Assembly: GCA_965235115.1 (NCBI GenBank)
Contig: OZ249444.1
Span: forward strand, 21,328,001-21,392,000
Reading direction: 5' to 3'
DNA: 64,000 nucleotides
Origin: Laetmonice hystrix
Lineage: Eukaryota
The notes beneath the pieces were generated by a model. That model worked only from the letters and a program-made list of their open reading frames with translations. It was not told the origin of the DNA and made no database searches. This document shows positions 40,185-51,769 of this stretch, one piece after another. Made by a program: the position numbers and the translations under genes. The stretch's first letter is position 1; every line of letters begins with the position of its first letter.

Positions 40185-40806
40185 TGTAAATGTGTTGGCA
40201 GTTCCATGTGTTGGTATGTTCCATGTGTTGGTACATTTGTTCCAATGCCAATGTACGTTTACAACCACAAAGATATCTTCGTTAATTCGGTGGGTTTGCG
40301 TCCGAACACATTAACATGAGGACGGGCGTTTTTCAGTGTGATTTCGACGTCTTAATTCAAACGTCGAGGTTCCGATTCCCTACCAAATCCTCTGGCTCGT
40401 GGCGGTTACGTAGCAACCGCCGGCCTCTCTCTGAGCTTGGCGGGAAACAATAGAGGAGACAAAGACGTGTGAATGAAGCCAGGTACCGGGCCAGGTTGAT
40501 AACGGACTGGAAACAAAAGACAGAGAAATTAGGATATGGGTGTTTTTCTTCTGGGACACGGGAACAATTGTGACTGAAGCAAGGAATTTCTTTTAGTACA
40601 AGTTGAGTAAATCAGAGGTCACCAAGTTAAGGATATTTGAAGGAACTCCACATATTAAGACAATCATCATAACTCACCAGATATTGTCTTTAAAACTTAA
40701 CTTAAAAGGTCCCTTCGAAAAAATATACCGGTACATCTATTACACGGGAAAACCTTGTGTTAAATAATTTAGCAGGTGAAAACAGTTTTGCAAACCTGTA
40801 TCTCAA

Positions 40807-40883
40807 AACTAATTTGTATCACCTTTTCTCTGTTTCAGGTATGTATTCTCTTCTCTGTTCCTTGTTCGATCCGGGAGGTAAGT
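40807..40883 (+). promoter_or_regulatory. Candidate recursive splice site 2 (AG|GT at 40837-40840) with 39-nt cryptic exon 40839-40877
   Basis: Branch-point match actaat, tract ttgtatcaccttttctctgtttcag|gtatgt, then a second donor gag|gtaagt at 40878. Confidence 0.6.
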
Positions 40884-41249
40884 CGAGAACTGGGTAAATA
40901 AGGGAGGATGGCTGGAAGTTAAGAAGGTAACATTTTCCAGTATACTACATAAAGGCTTGACTATAAAACTAACATGATTTAAATTGATACCAAACCTTTC
41001 CTCAAATTAACCATTAATTAACCCCTTACAGTGGGTGCTTTGTCCTTGGCGTGGTAGTCAGAATTTAATCGCCAAAATTGACAAAACCGTCAAAGAAAAC
41101 AATCTAAGCATGGTTCTTTGATGTTCCAATCCTGTTTATGCACTCAGTATAAGAAGTACCAAACCTCGGTTGACCAGCTGGATAAAGCTCTCCCAGTACC
41201 CGTTGTATCAATTAACCAACCAAGTTTACTTAATATTTAAACGGCAGTC

Positions 41250-41900
41250 GATAATTAAAGTCTGGTTAAAATATACCATTGGGTAGTTTTCGTTGTCTGA
41301 GGCCTCAGCAAACCAACGTATTTCTGTTGCATTTATTTTGTTTTAGGACTGGCTGTAAAATATTTTCCAGTTTTTTGAATGGCAGTGCTCAGAATGCCTT
41401 ACCAACGGTCATTGTTGCGTTTGATGAGATACATTCATGTTGATACAAGATAGCTGGCACCTGCTTTAATGGAAGTCAGTCAACCCTTATCGGCATGAAA
41501 TACTGGTGTTTGATAGCGTTGTGATATATATCGTACCGTTTTCCCAATCAAACCTATTTCTGGTCGATGGCGTCGGAGGGCATCGTCCTTTTGAAGGTCG
41601 GCCATTCAGCTGCAGCTTGGCCGTGTGATCTCAGGGCCCAGCGTTGTACGCCCCAGAAACCAGTGACATTATGGCTCTGTCAGTCTGGCATCAATTCTTG
41701 ATGTGGCAGCCGATAGGTAGTAACGAAGGGCACCTTGTTCAACGCACTTGGTACAGGTTCCAGCGAAAGGCCATGATGACATTGGCGCCAGGCTAGCAGC
41801 CGTTACACGAGGGTATTGTTAGAAAGATCTACAGCCGAGGTATTGGAACACGGCAGTATCTGGCGGGGCTGTTAGTCAGGAGCCAGTCGAGCAGCGCTGG
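41250..41900 (-). mobile_element. Decayed Penelope-like element (thumb, linker, GIY-YIG)
   Basis: ILPCSN (cf. RRICSN), NKVPFVTTY at about 41715-41742 (cf. RIPFV.TYHP), QQKYVG at about 41312-41332 (cf. KQYVGET). Confidence 0.5.
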
Positions 41901-42439
41901 TGGCAGGAGAACGAGTGATGCCTTCAGGTGGCCTACCACTCCACGTCTCCAATATATGGGGCGTCATGTTATCAGAACTCTAGCAAGAGTATCCTCATGA
42001 CCAGCAACAATGCTTCTGTCAAACAAGGTGGCACCAATAGAGAAAGGCTGCTTCCTTAAAACCAAACTGATTTAATAGAAGATGTTTAAAAACTAAGATG
42101 GTATCAATGCTGATAATCTGGATGAATTTATTTTGGGACACTTAGACCAACTCGTGTTACTAACATTTTCAAACATAGCCAGGCTGCAGTGGCTGAACCG
42201 CTGCGAGGCAGTGCTTGCCTCCACGTTGATATTCCACAGATTTGACCCCTCCTTACATAGTTAGGTCAAGTGTCAACTAAAGCAGTAGCCGTAACCTTAT
42301 CAGACATTGGTGTGTGCTAATGAAAGAGTGCTCTCAGGGGGTGATTTGCCCGGTCGTCTCTCAGACTACAGACGGCTCCGACACTGAGGACCAGAGATTG
42401 GGTAAAATGTCTGGGATGCTGAGGCTCCACGGGGCACCG

Positions 42440-43430
42440 TTAAGTGATGGATGGTAAATGAAATTCTAATGGGATGCGATCTTTTTTAGTCACACCTCCT
42501 CGGATTTGGAATTGGCTAAAGAGTGCAAAGTGTTTTCTGATTGGAATACGGCTGTTGGGAAGTCGACAGAAGTGTTGCCAAAGTGTGCTATGTGTATTGA
42601 ATGTGGCGGAGCAGGCCTGGGGCTGGCAACAGGGCGTCCGGGGCTTTGGAACGCGCCGATTGTCAAGGAACAACCTTGGAGCGTAAACTGGGAGAGAGTC
42701 GGGTGTGGTGGTTGAAAATGGCCCCACCCCGCCGACCCACTCTGGGGGACACGCCAGTCTGATAATTCGGGTCCCAATGACGGCGTGTTAGTGCGGTAGG
42801 GACGCCTCCAGGGGCAAGTAGGGGGAAATCTGATGTGCCCTGTTATCAACGGGGTAAAGGGAAAGGAAACGGGCTTTTAGGAGGAGTTAGATTTTGGTCA
42901 GTATGCCAGGGAGCGAGCAGGAGCTTCGGTGAATTCATTGGAGGAAATCTCCTGGGCTGCGTCTGTGCTGGATCAGCGGTTGCTGGAATGGCTCCCTATT
43001 CCACGACTGGTGGCGAGGATAAAAAAGCTCACCTTTCTCGTTTAACAATACGAAGTAAAAGCCTGTGGCTCGCCCGGAAATTGCAATTGATTACTGAAAT
43101 GCACCGGCACATTGTTTGGTGGTCCTCCCGTAAAATGTGTAGGGAGAGACTTTGAGGAATGCAAGAATTGGATGCAGCGCTCAATTTAGTATGCAGCAGA
43201 GACGACCTGTACAGCAAATAGGCGTTTGGGAGAATAGATTGTAATCAACATTTTTTTTACCAGAAGATGAGACAAGTTGAACAAGAAAAGTCACTCGGGA
43301 TACTTGAAGAGAAACTCGAGAGAAACTAATCATTTTAAGGCTAGTTTTCACTGCGGGATCTTGAAATAGAAGACATTTACCAATCGTATTGAGGAAATGG
43401 CTGGAAGAAAAGCTTAATGAAATCAATGAA
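42440..43430 (-). mobile_element. Decayed Penelope-like RT
   Basis: SSHFLNTI (cf. TTHFLNKI), HPTLSQFT (cf. HP.IKFT), KKDRIPL (cf. K.DRIPL). Confidence 0.45.
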
Positions 43431-44261
43431 TTTTTATTTTAAACGAAGAGAGACCAACTTGTGCCATTCAACATGTATTAAGTAGCCGACAAATAGACTT
43501 TAAAGCCTTTCAAGGCACAGGGTATTCTATGTGTCAATGCGAGATCTAAGATTGCTTTGGTTACAGGCTGAGGGACCTGGTCCCAGAAGTGCGGGTAATC
43601 AATTATATGCCTGGGGGAATAAGGCGTAATGCTATACAGGCTGTATTAAGAGGTGGGCTGGCTCTCAAGGTAGTGGATAGGTGAGAGGGTAGATCACATT
43701 TCATCAATACATTTAATGCATTACAGTTAGACAGGAGGTGGTGTGCAGGAGAAGAGCAATGAAGGCTTAGTAGAAGGCGTCAAGGATCTAATAGTTTACA
43801 TCCCAGAATGAACATTGACGTATCTATGGAAACCAGAAACTTGATTACATTTCTCTGAATTCTAAAGGTGAAGGCGTATATGTACTGCTAGTTGAAGCGT
43901 TTGAAGCAGGCGTTTATTCTCAAATGAATTTCCGAGACGCTATTGTTTCATCCCCAGTAACAGCCGGTATGTGAGAGTCGAGTCTGGTATCATGTGCGAT
44001 TGTGAAGGACATAGTGTAGCCCCTAGCAGCTCGCAGATACAACATTTTAAGCCTCGTCTGGCATAGTGATCATTTGTTGAGTCATTGCTATCATTTGTAG
44101 CATCATAACTACAATCTCATTGCTACAATCTGTGCGTCACTGCTGTGATTGTAGCGTCAGAGTTGTATTGATCTCGTCTAACCAGCAGTGAGCCAGAGTG
44201 TCGCTGTCCGAGGACGTCATACAGTACTCGAGTTACGTCTTTACTCACGTCAGCCATGAAA

Positions 44262-44514
44262 ACATTCTTCACTGTAATAGCCTGATGGTCGGCCATCATT
44301 CCGTCCCCATCTCACCCCGACATTCTTCACTGCTGTGGGCTGGTGCCCAGAGCACATCGATCTGGGGACTGTAATAGCCTGATGGTCGGCCATCATTCCG
44401 TCCCCATCTCACCCCGACATTTTTCACTGCTGTGGGCTGGTGACCAGAGCACATCGATCTGGGGACTGTAATAGCCTGATGGTCGGCCATCATTCCGTCC
44501 CCATCTCACCCCCG
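44262..44514. repeat. 97-bp tandem repeat, about 2.5 copies
   Basis: ctgtaatagcctgatggtcggcc recurs at 44272, 44369 and 44466. Confidence 0.93.
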
Positions 44515-45700
44515 ACACGCCACCAGAGAGAGTCAGCGCCATCCCTGCCAGGAAACAGCTGTAACGGCCGCCCACGTGACCGACCCCCCATGGAGTAAAG
44601 GTCACGGATCAGGAGGTCAGGGTAGCGGCCACTGACAGCCGTGATCAGGCTGTGTTGGAGGATAGGTCGGGGTGATTGGCAGGCTGGTGGGGGCCCGGCT
44701 TGGGGTGTCGGGACGGCGGGCGGGTGGCAGCTAGGCGGCGGCCTGTAGGAGGACCGACGAACCACGGAGGGACTCGGTCACTATTGTCTTGAGGGAGACC
44801 CGGCGAAGTCTGAGCATGTACTTATCAGAATATGTAAAGAGATTATCTGTGCTCATAATCCAAATATTAATCCGGAGGAGATTTGGTCAACCATATAGTA
44901 GATGGAGGGGTATTAGTATGATATCCGCAAGGCTATACGGAATGGTCCAAACGTGCAATGATATGTAAGCCTACATTACAACATCAGACATCAGTACTTA
45001 GGCCTACGGAGCGAACTATAAATATTTATCACTAAAAGCGATATACCTGCAAAATCTGAGAAGAATATAAATTTAATTATTGTCGAACCATCAGTAATAT
45101 GAATCGGTACAAATCGTGCTGTGATCCAAGGCATGGTTGTGATGGGTGTCGTGGTGGCGTTCTGTGCTATAATAACACCATTCCACGCCCTGTGTGTTCT
45201 GTCATGGTGTGTTGTGAGCGCCATTTAGCTGGCATACTTTGATCCATCCATCACAGCGCGTTTCCCGACAAACGCGACAAGACCCACATGAGGTAAACCC
45301 GAGAGGAGACAGAGCCCCCCGGGCTGATCCCTCCGGGCCGATCAACCCTCCGCCCCCGCAATGTGTGATCCCAGAACTGGGCTCCGCTTCCACCGCGGTG
45401 AAAGTTTCCATAATCTGTCGCGACAACCAAGGGCACACATCCATGACTCTGATCAAAGAACCATTGGGCGCCTCTCTTCATCTAGGTTCAGTTGGTTTCT
45501 CGCAACCAGTTCAGCGCGGCCCAGTATATCACTTTGGTGCTGGGGTTCGATTGATGCTGAAGATGTGGGACCAGCAACTGCCAGTTCATGCCAGCGTAAC
45601 AATCCGCTTGTGTTTATGGCCCAGCAGGATTCCAACGGAAATATTCTGTCAGATACTTGCTGCATGTTGTTGGGGTTCGCCAGGTACTCGGGTTGTCTGC
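44515..45700 (-). mobile_element. Decayed Penelope-like element, N-terminal region and RT core
   Basis: NLDEERR (cf. NL..EE..AL), LVVATDY, TARFVPIH (cf. TARFY.LPKIH), SLHVWTIP (cf. SLYTNIP), DNLFTYSDKYMLR (cf. NNF.FNDKYYLQ), RYPDLLI (cf. RYIDDIF); collinear. Confidence 0.55.
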
Positions 45701-45954
45701 CGGCTCAGCTAGTCAGGGTTAAAGCGTCGACGGGACCCTGGCTGTTTGTGGGGGCCGAAACACACAGTAACTGATGTAGCGGTCGTAACGTGAGGCCCAT
45801 GAGGTGCTGTGTGTCGTGTTGGACGTAAGGAGGGGGGGTGTAAGAGGGGACAGGGAGGGGGCCTTGAGAGGTAAGGGCAATTGGGAGCTTTGAAACGAAC
45901 GGCAAAGGGCGTAGAATGGGACGCCGTTTAAATGGCGCCGGGTTGGGGTGTGAT

Positions 45955-46316
45955 TGGTAGTCTGGGAGAGCAGTGCTTAGTCATCTGGGAGAGTAGTGGT
46001 CGGCTTGGGAGAGTAGTGGTCGACTTGTGATCGCAATGGTTGGTCTTGGAGAGCAGTGGTTGGTCTTGGAGAGCAATGGTTGGTCTTGGAGAGCAATGGT
46101 TGGTCTTGGAGAGCAATGGTTAGTTTGGGAGAGCAATGGTTGGTCTGGGAGAGCAATGGTTGGTCTGGGAGAGCAATGGTTGGTCTGGGTGAGCAATGGT
46201 TGGTCTGGGAGAGCAATGGTTGGTCTGGGAGAGCAATGGTTGGTCTGGGAGAGCAATGGTTGGTCTGGGAGAGCAGTGGTTAGTCTGGGAGAGCAATGGT
46301 TGGTCTGGGAGAGCAG
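45955..46316. repeat. 20-bp minisatellite, about 14 well-conserved copies plus a degenerate 5' part
   Basis: Unit tggttggtct(t/g)ggagagcaa. Confidence 0.95.
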
Positions 46317-48544
46317 TGAAGAGATGTTCCTGTGGATGATAACTGTAAATGTGCTCACGGAGTGCGTGTTGAACGTCCCCGTCGTGAGATTAGGCTGGGT
46401 TGCTGGGAGACCTGCCATCGACTCGATGGTTGTAGGTCAGTTTTGACACGTGAAGCTCTGTGTCCAGAGTGCAGGGTTCGGGTCGTTGCGGAGAGGAAGG
46501 AGTAGGGAGGGGGCAGCTTGGTCATGGGTCCAGTTGTAGGTCAGCGTCGCTCCCATGAGCTGCTGTCACGGCTGCCCTGACCCCCTTCTCGGCACTCAGT
46601 GGGGTCAAGGCCATGGATGTGTCACCATAATCCAATTTAAAACGACGGCGTACTTGGCTGTCCGTGTCAGCACGGCAGCCTTGGCGCCCACACCGGACAA
46701 GGCTGAAGGCTGACCTGTCTCCATGTACACTGAAAGGGTCCTGGTACTGGTGGTCTGTGTGTTACAACAGACATTGTCAGAACTTGTAAACCTACAAATG
46801 TCGGCTCTTGTCAGGCGAGAGGCGCTGTCAGTCCCCGACTGCTAACAGACAGGCCTAATGCTCCTCTTAACCCAGCCAAAGCCAACCGTCATCTCAAATC
46901 CGACCCACACCATCAATCCGCCCCTGCCGTAGGCAGCATTTTGAATAAGCAATGTTCGTACTTTGTCGGATTTGCAGCCATCATCATTGACTTATTTAAA
47001 TTGAATGCCTGAATTAAAGCATTTTACTGTTGCAGTTAATTGTTGATTTGTTCAGAATAACATCTGTGGTATTACAGTAAGTTTTGAGCTGAAATTTCCT
47101 GGGTTAACAGTTGAAAAATATTACCTTGAGCCTCCTAATCTGTCCAATCCGCTCTTTCGAATCGATGGAGGAATTCAAAAACGGCTCACTTCAACCGTTT
47201 CTATGGTGTTACTTGTTCAGTTTTCACCGAGTCCTACCTAAAACACATGAAATGCATTAGTTACGACATGTTTTGATGTCTTGGTGGGCCCAAGTGCAGC
47301 ATGTGGGCCTATTTTGATTTAGTTTTTACATAAAGATTGATCCCAGAGCTGGTGCGACAGAAACGTGTACATGAGTCTACAGTAACAGTTACTCGAACCA
47401 GTTGTGTCATATCCATACACAGAACGGAGAAGGGCCGTCAGCGGGCCCCAACCCTGGATATCGGACGATGTATAGGTCCCGAACGTTGGTGTTTCACCCA
47501 CTGCTATCCGGCCGGCCACGGACCGTCCACCGCCTTGTTGGAAAGTTTTTTTTGTCTGTTGAAACGGCCCCCCGCCCTCAAATAGCACTGACCTCAAGTG
47601 GCGGAGGGATGAACTAAATACGGACAGACCGTGTCGTCATACTTACCTTCCGAAGAAATTCTCTATGTATAGGCCTACATTTGCCGTCCCTAATCCAATG
47701 ATCCCTTATGGTAATGACTAACCATACATATAGTATATATCAGGGTTATAAAAATATACCTGTCATAATGATGCCGGATAGGTCTTCCCACCGGTAGTGG
47801 CAGAACTAAGGATTACATTGTGTTCTCATAAATTGATCAATGCAGATTGTTCTGCCGGTACAAACAGTATTTGTAATTCTGTGAGGTATCACGCCGCTAA
47901 TAGATCACGGGAGTTTTTCACCAGATACCACTGATTGAGGAGAGCAAATGAGCGTCGTGAGAGTGCTCACAGTTAGTAGTTTATGGAAATAGGAGTTTGT
48001 ATCAGGCATCGGCCTGATCAACGGTGGCGGTTGGCGCCAAACTGGCCTCGAGGATAGTCGTTTTAAGTAGTAAGTTAGGAGAAGTCCTCACTGATGAATT
48101 CATAGACATTTCTTGGAAGATCATTATCAATTCCAGGGATATGAATTATAGTTTATCTGTAGCTTTGATTTGTATGATGGATATGGTTCCAAGTCATTGA
48201 CCTTTTGAAATCTTCTCGTATCAACTTGATTAAACTGAGTAAAGGACAACAGAAGTAAAGGATTTGAATTTACCATTGCCAAACTTAGAGGCTGTAAACG
48301 TAAGAGGTTATAGTAAAAAAAACCCCTTAAGATCACGAAAATGGTAAAAGATTTCTCGAATATACAGCCACAGAGTACCCCACCTAGCTACCGGGTATTC
48401 TGTGATACAGCTTTAAAATCGGCCTGAATGTGTAGAATCTACGCTTAAAACTGGAGTGGGTAGTACAAGTACAAGTAGGAGAATGAAGCTAAAGCCTGAT
48501 GTTGAAACTAGACTGGGTTTTAAGAACCTACCAGGTCAATCCGT

Positions 48545-48855
48545 CAGGCTTGACATGGATATGATTGAGAATGGGTAGGCCTTTTAGATTGACCTGGATT
48601 TGATTGAGAATGGGCAGGCCTTTTAGATTGACATGGATTGAGAATGGGCAGGTCTTTTAGATTGACATGTATTTGATTGAGAATGGGCAGGTCTTTTAGA
48701 TTGACATGTATTTGATTGAGAATGGGCAGGTCTTTTAGATCGACATGGATTTGATTGAGAATGGGCAGGTCTTTTAGATCGACATGGATTGAGAATGGGC
48801 AGGCCGTTTAGACTGACATGAATTTGATTGAATATGGGCCGCCATTTTAGATTGG
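48545..48855. repeat. 39-bp minisatellite with 34-bp variants, about 8 copies
   Basis: Unit atttgattgagaatgggcaggtcttttagattgacatg(t/g). Confidence 0.93.
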
Positions 48856-49054
48856 CTCCGACATGCTGCCTATAGCACGCGTGTCGAGGGTTAGGCTGGG
48901 TGATCCACAGATGAACACGGCTTACCGAGATGAGTTACCACTGATCCTGTGATGGCCAGCAAATCACAGGCAGCACTTAAAAGTACTTGGAGGCTCAGCG
49001 GACCTGCTTATAATGGGAGTGACACGGCGGACTAACAGGGCGCTAACACCAGAC

Positions 49055-49529
49055 CCTCGGGTCTGGGGATGTGTTAGCAGCCTCGGGTCTGGGGATGTGT
49101 TAGCAGCCTCGGGTCTGGGGATGTGTTAGCAGCCTCGGGTCTGGGGATGTGTGAGCAGCCTCGGGTCTGGGGATGTGTTAGCAGCCTCGGGTCTGGGGAT
49201 GTGTTAGCAGCCTCGGGTCTGGGGATGTGTTAGCAGCCTCGGGTCTGGGGATGTGTGAGCAGCCTCGGGTCTGGGGATGTGTTAGCAGCCTCGGGTCTGG
49301 GGATGTGTTAGCAGCCTCGGGTCTGGGGATGTGTTAGCAGCCTCGGGTCTGGGGATGTGTTAGCAGCCTCGGGTCTGGGGATGTGTTAGCAGCCTCGGGT
49401 CTGGGGATGTGTGAGCAGCCTCGGGTCTGGGGATGTGTCAGCAGCCTCGGGTCTGGGGATGTGTTAGCAGCCTCGGGTCTGGGGATGTGTTAGCAGCCTC
49501 GGGTCTGGGGATGTGTTAGCAGCCTCGGG
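49055..49529. repeat. 26-bp minisatellite, 18 nearly identical copies
   Basis: Unit cctcgggtctggggatgtgttagcag; occasional gtgagc/gtcagc variants. Confidence 0.97.
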
Positions 49530-51769
49530 ACTGGCAAGTCCTTCTCATCCTATGTGGCATTAACAGCGCAATATGGATGGAAATGGTGAGTGTATATTAA
49601 GAAGTGGAAGGGATTTATATCTGATGGAAAGAGAAATGTGTCTGCTAACTGTGGCGGGTGTGATGGTAGCAGAGAGAGAGAGGAAGAGTGTGTGTGCGCG
49701 GGAATGGGAAGATTATCCAGTCGCCATGGCAGCACACCGGCGTATATCAAAACGACAAGTTGACAGTCACAGCGCTGACTATTCACATTCAGGTCCCGCT
49801 GACGTTCTGGGGTTTTTTTTCTCTGTCTCTCTCAGTGGCGATCATCAATCACACTTCATAAGGGACCCCTTTGTTTAAACCAGACGGATCCTTGTTTCAT
49901 ATTTGTGAGGGGGTTGCAGACTGTATTTAAAAATCATATTTTATGTCCATGGCAATGAGTTCTGGCTGGATGGAAGGACTTATGGCGAATGCTAAGGTTG
50001 CGCATACAATCGATGGTTTCATGTTTCATGTATGCTGCGACTGTCCGATAAAAGCTCCCTCTGACTTCAGCTGACGTACCTTGGGGCATGGAGAGGGCAG
50101 TTTATCCAACATGCTGGCCAACACGTACATTTCATACACAGCTGATATCGCCTGTGCAGGGATTATATTTGTGGAGCCTATGACATTGATTGAAAGCTCT
50201 CTATTCTTGATGGTACGCTGGCAGGAACACCTCAAGAGATCTCCTGGATCTGACAGATTTAATCTATGAAAAACCAAATAGAAAAATATAATAACAGTCA
50301 AACATGGCGGCGATGTAGGGGCTTATGTCAACAAAGGTGAGCTGAAGAATGCCAAACGCATGTTATCACTGAAATTTTACGTTACTTTGAGATATTCTAC
50401 TTCTAAGAGAATGTCATAAATATAAGGCGAATCCCCGATTGTCAAGAAATCGCCGATATGAGAAAAATGTCTAGTGGAGTTCTCTGAGCGGCCCCGGAGC
50501 CTGTCGACATTGAAGCTGATCTCTCTGGTATAAATATGTATACAATCACCCCCAGGAAAGCCCACCCTCCCGGTTAGCGAACCGGAAGGCCAGATCCAAT
50601 TAACATGATTCACTGGGTGACATATTGGGGGCGCAGGCCAGCCGGCGGGGGGCCGTGTGTGTGGTTATTTGTAGATCAACCGGGGGTGGTGGGTGGTGGC
50701 AGCCTTTCACCCTAACCCCCCACCCCCGTGGCTAGATGTGCCGGTGTGTAAGGCATGTCGTCTTTACAATAGCTGGAACCCAGCTGCTGTTGGTGACTGG
50801 TGGAGTCAGTCAATCGGAGGAGAGTTCTTGATTTGTAACATTCTGGCAAATCTTATGGCTGTCTGTCTGCTTCAAGCCAAGCGTAGAACATGATTCAATC
50901 GATAAAAAAAGTTGCTGGAAGTGAACCCTTGTAGGAAAATAAACAACAGATAGTTGGTGCTTTATTACCGGGGCTCCTTGGGCTAAAATATTTATACAGT
51001 TTTTATGCTACCAGAACTCCAGGTTTAGGTTCAAATGTAAATTTTTGTTGGTATGCAGTTTAGTTCAGATCTACTCTGGGAACGTTAATCATTATGTAAA
51101 GATATTTCCAGGTCCGTTATAATTATTGTAAATATTCGTATTAATTTTTTAATCTAGTCAGAAAGACTCCATGGTGTAGGATAAATAACAGTCAATATGT
51201 AAGACATTGGTCAGGGGTGTCGGTGAATTCATCGAGTAGAAATAGAAAGGCTTTACTATAGTGCAATCTTGTACCGCCAGGTGGCTACTCGGGTGGAGAT
51301 AGTTGCTGCCATCTGGTGTTAAAAAATAGCTGCGAACGAAGTCTGACAGCTAACTCTCCAGATCAAGAACACTCAATAGTGAAAAAGTCGGCAGAACGCA
51401 ATGAGCTTAATTAAACGTGAGCAGTATTTAAACCAAATTGCATGTATCAAGAGATCCCTGCCTCATTAAGGAACGTTTAAAGAAGTTAATTGAATTTGAT
51501 AGTCTAATAATGCAAATCACACAACAGGCGTGGCTGACATACTGAGTGCCTGGACTCAGTGTAATTGAAGACCTCCTATATGGAGATAACTAATACTGTC
51601 CGGCGTTTAAAAGATGTCCTGTATAAGGACTGTTTGTCATCTGTTCTGAATCCTGTTGATAACGTAACATCACAGCTGGTGAGTTGATCGTGTCAATGAG
51701 TTAGTAGAAGTGAGAGAATATAAGGATTACAAGCACTGTATTTATGTCTGGTAGCTCCAGATGATGTTT

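Noticed and set aside
44991-45224. RNase H (HITDGS) or L1 endonuclease (LLVINIYS) reading
   Set aside because: Single short motifs; upstream and downstream frames give a collinear PLE RT series instead.
50295-50342. YY1-like aaacatggcggcg followed by donor aag|gtgagc
   Set aside because: The ATG frame stops after four codons; such motifs are common in invertebrate repeats; no way to establish a transcription start.
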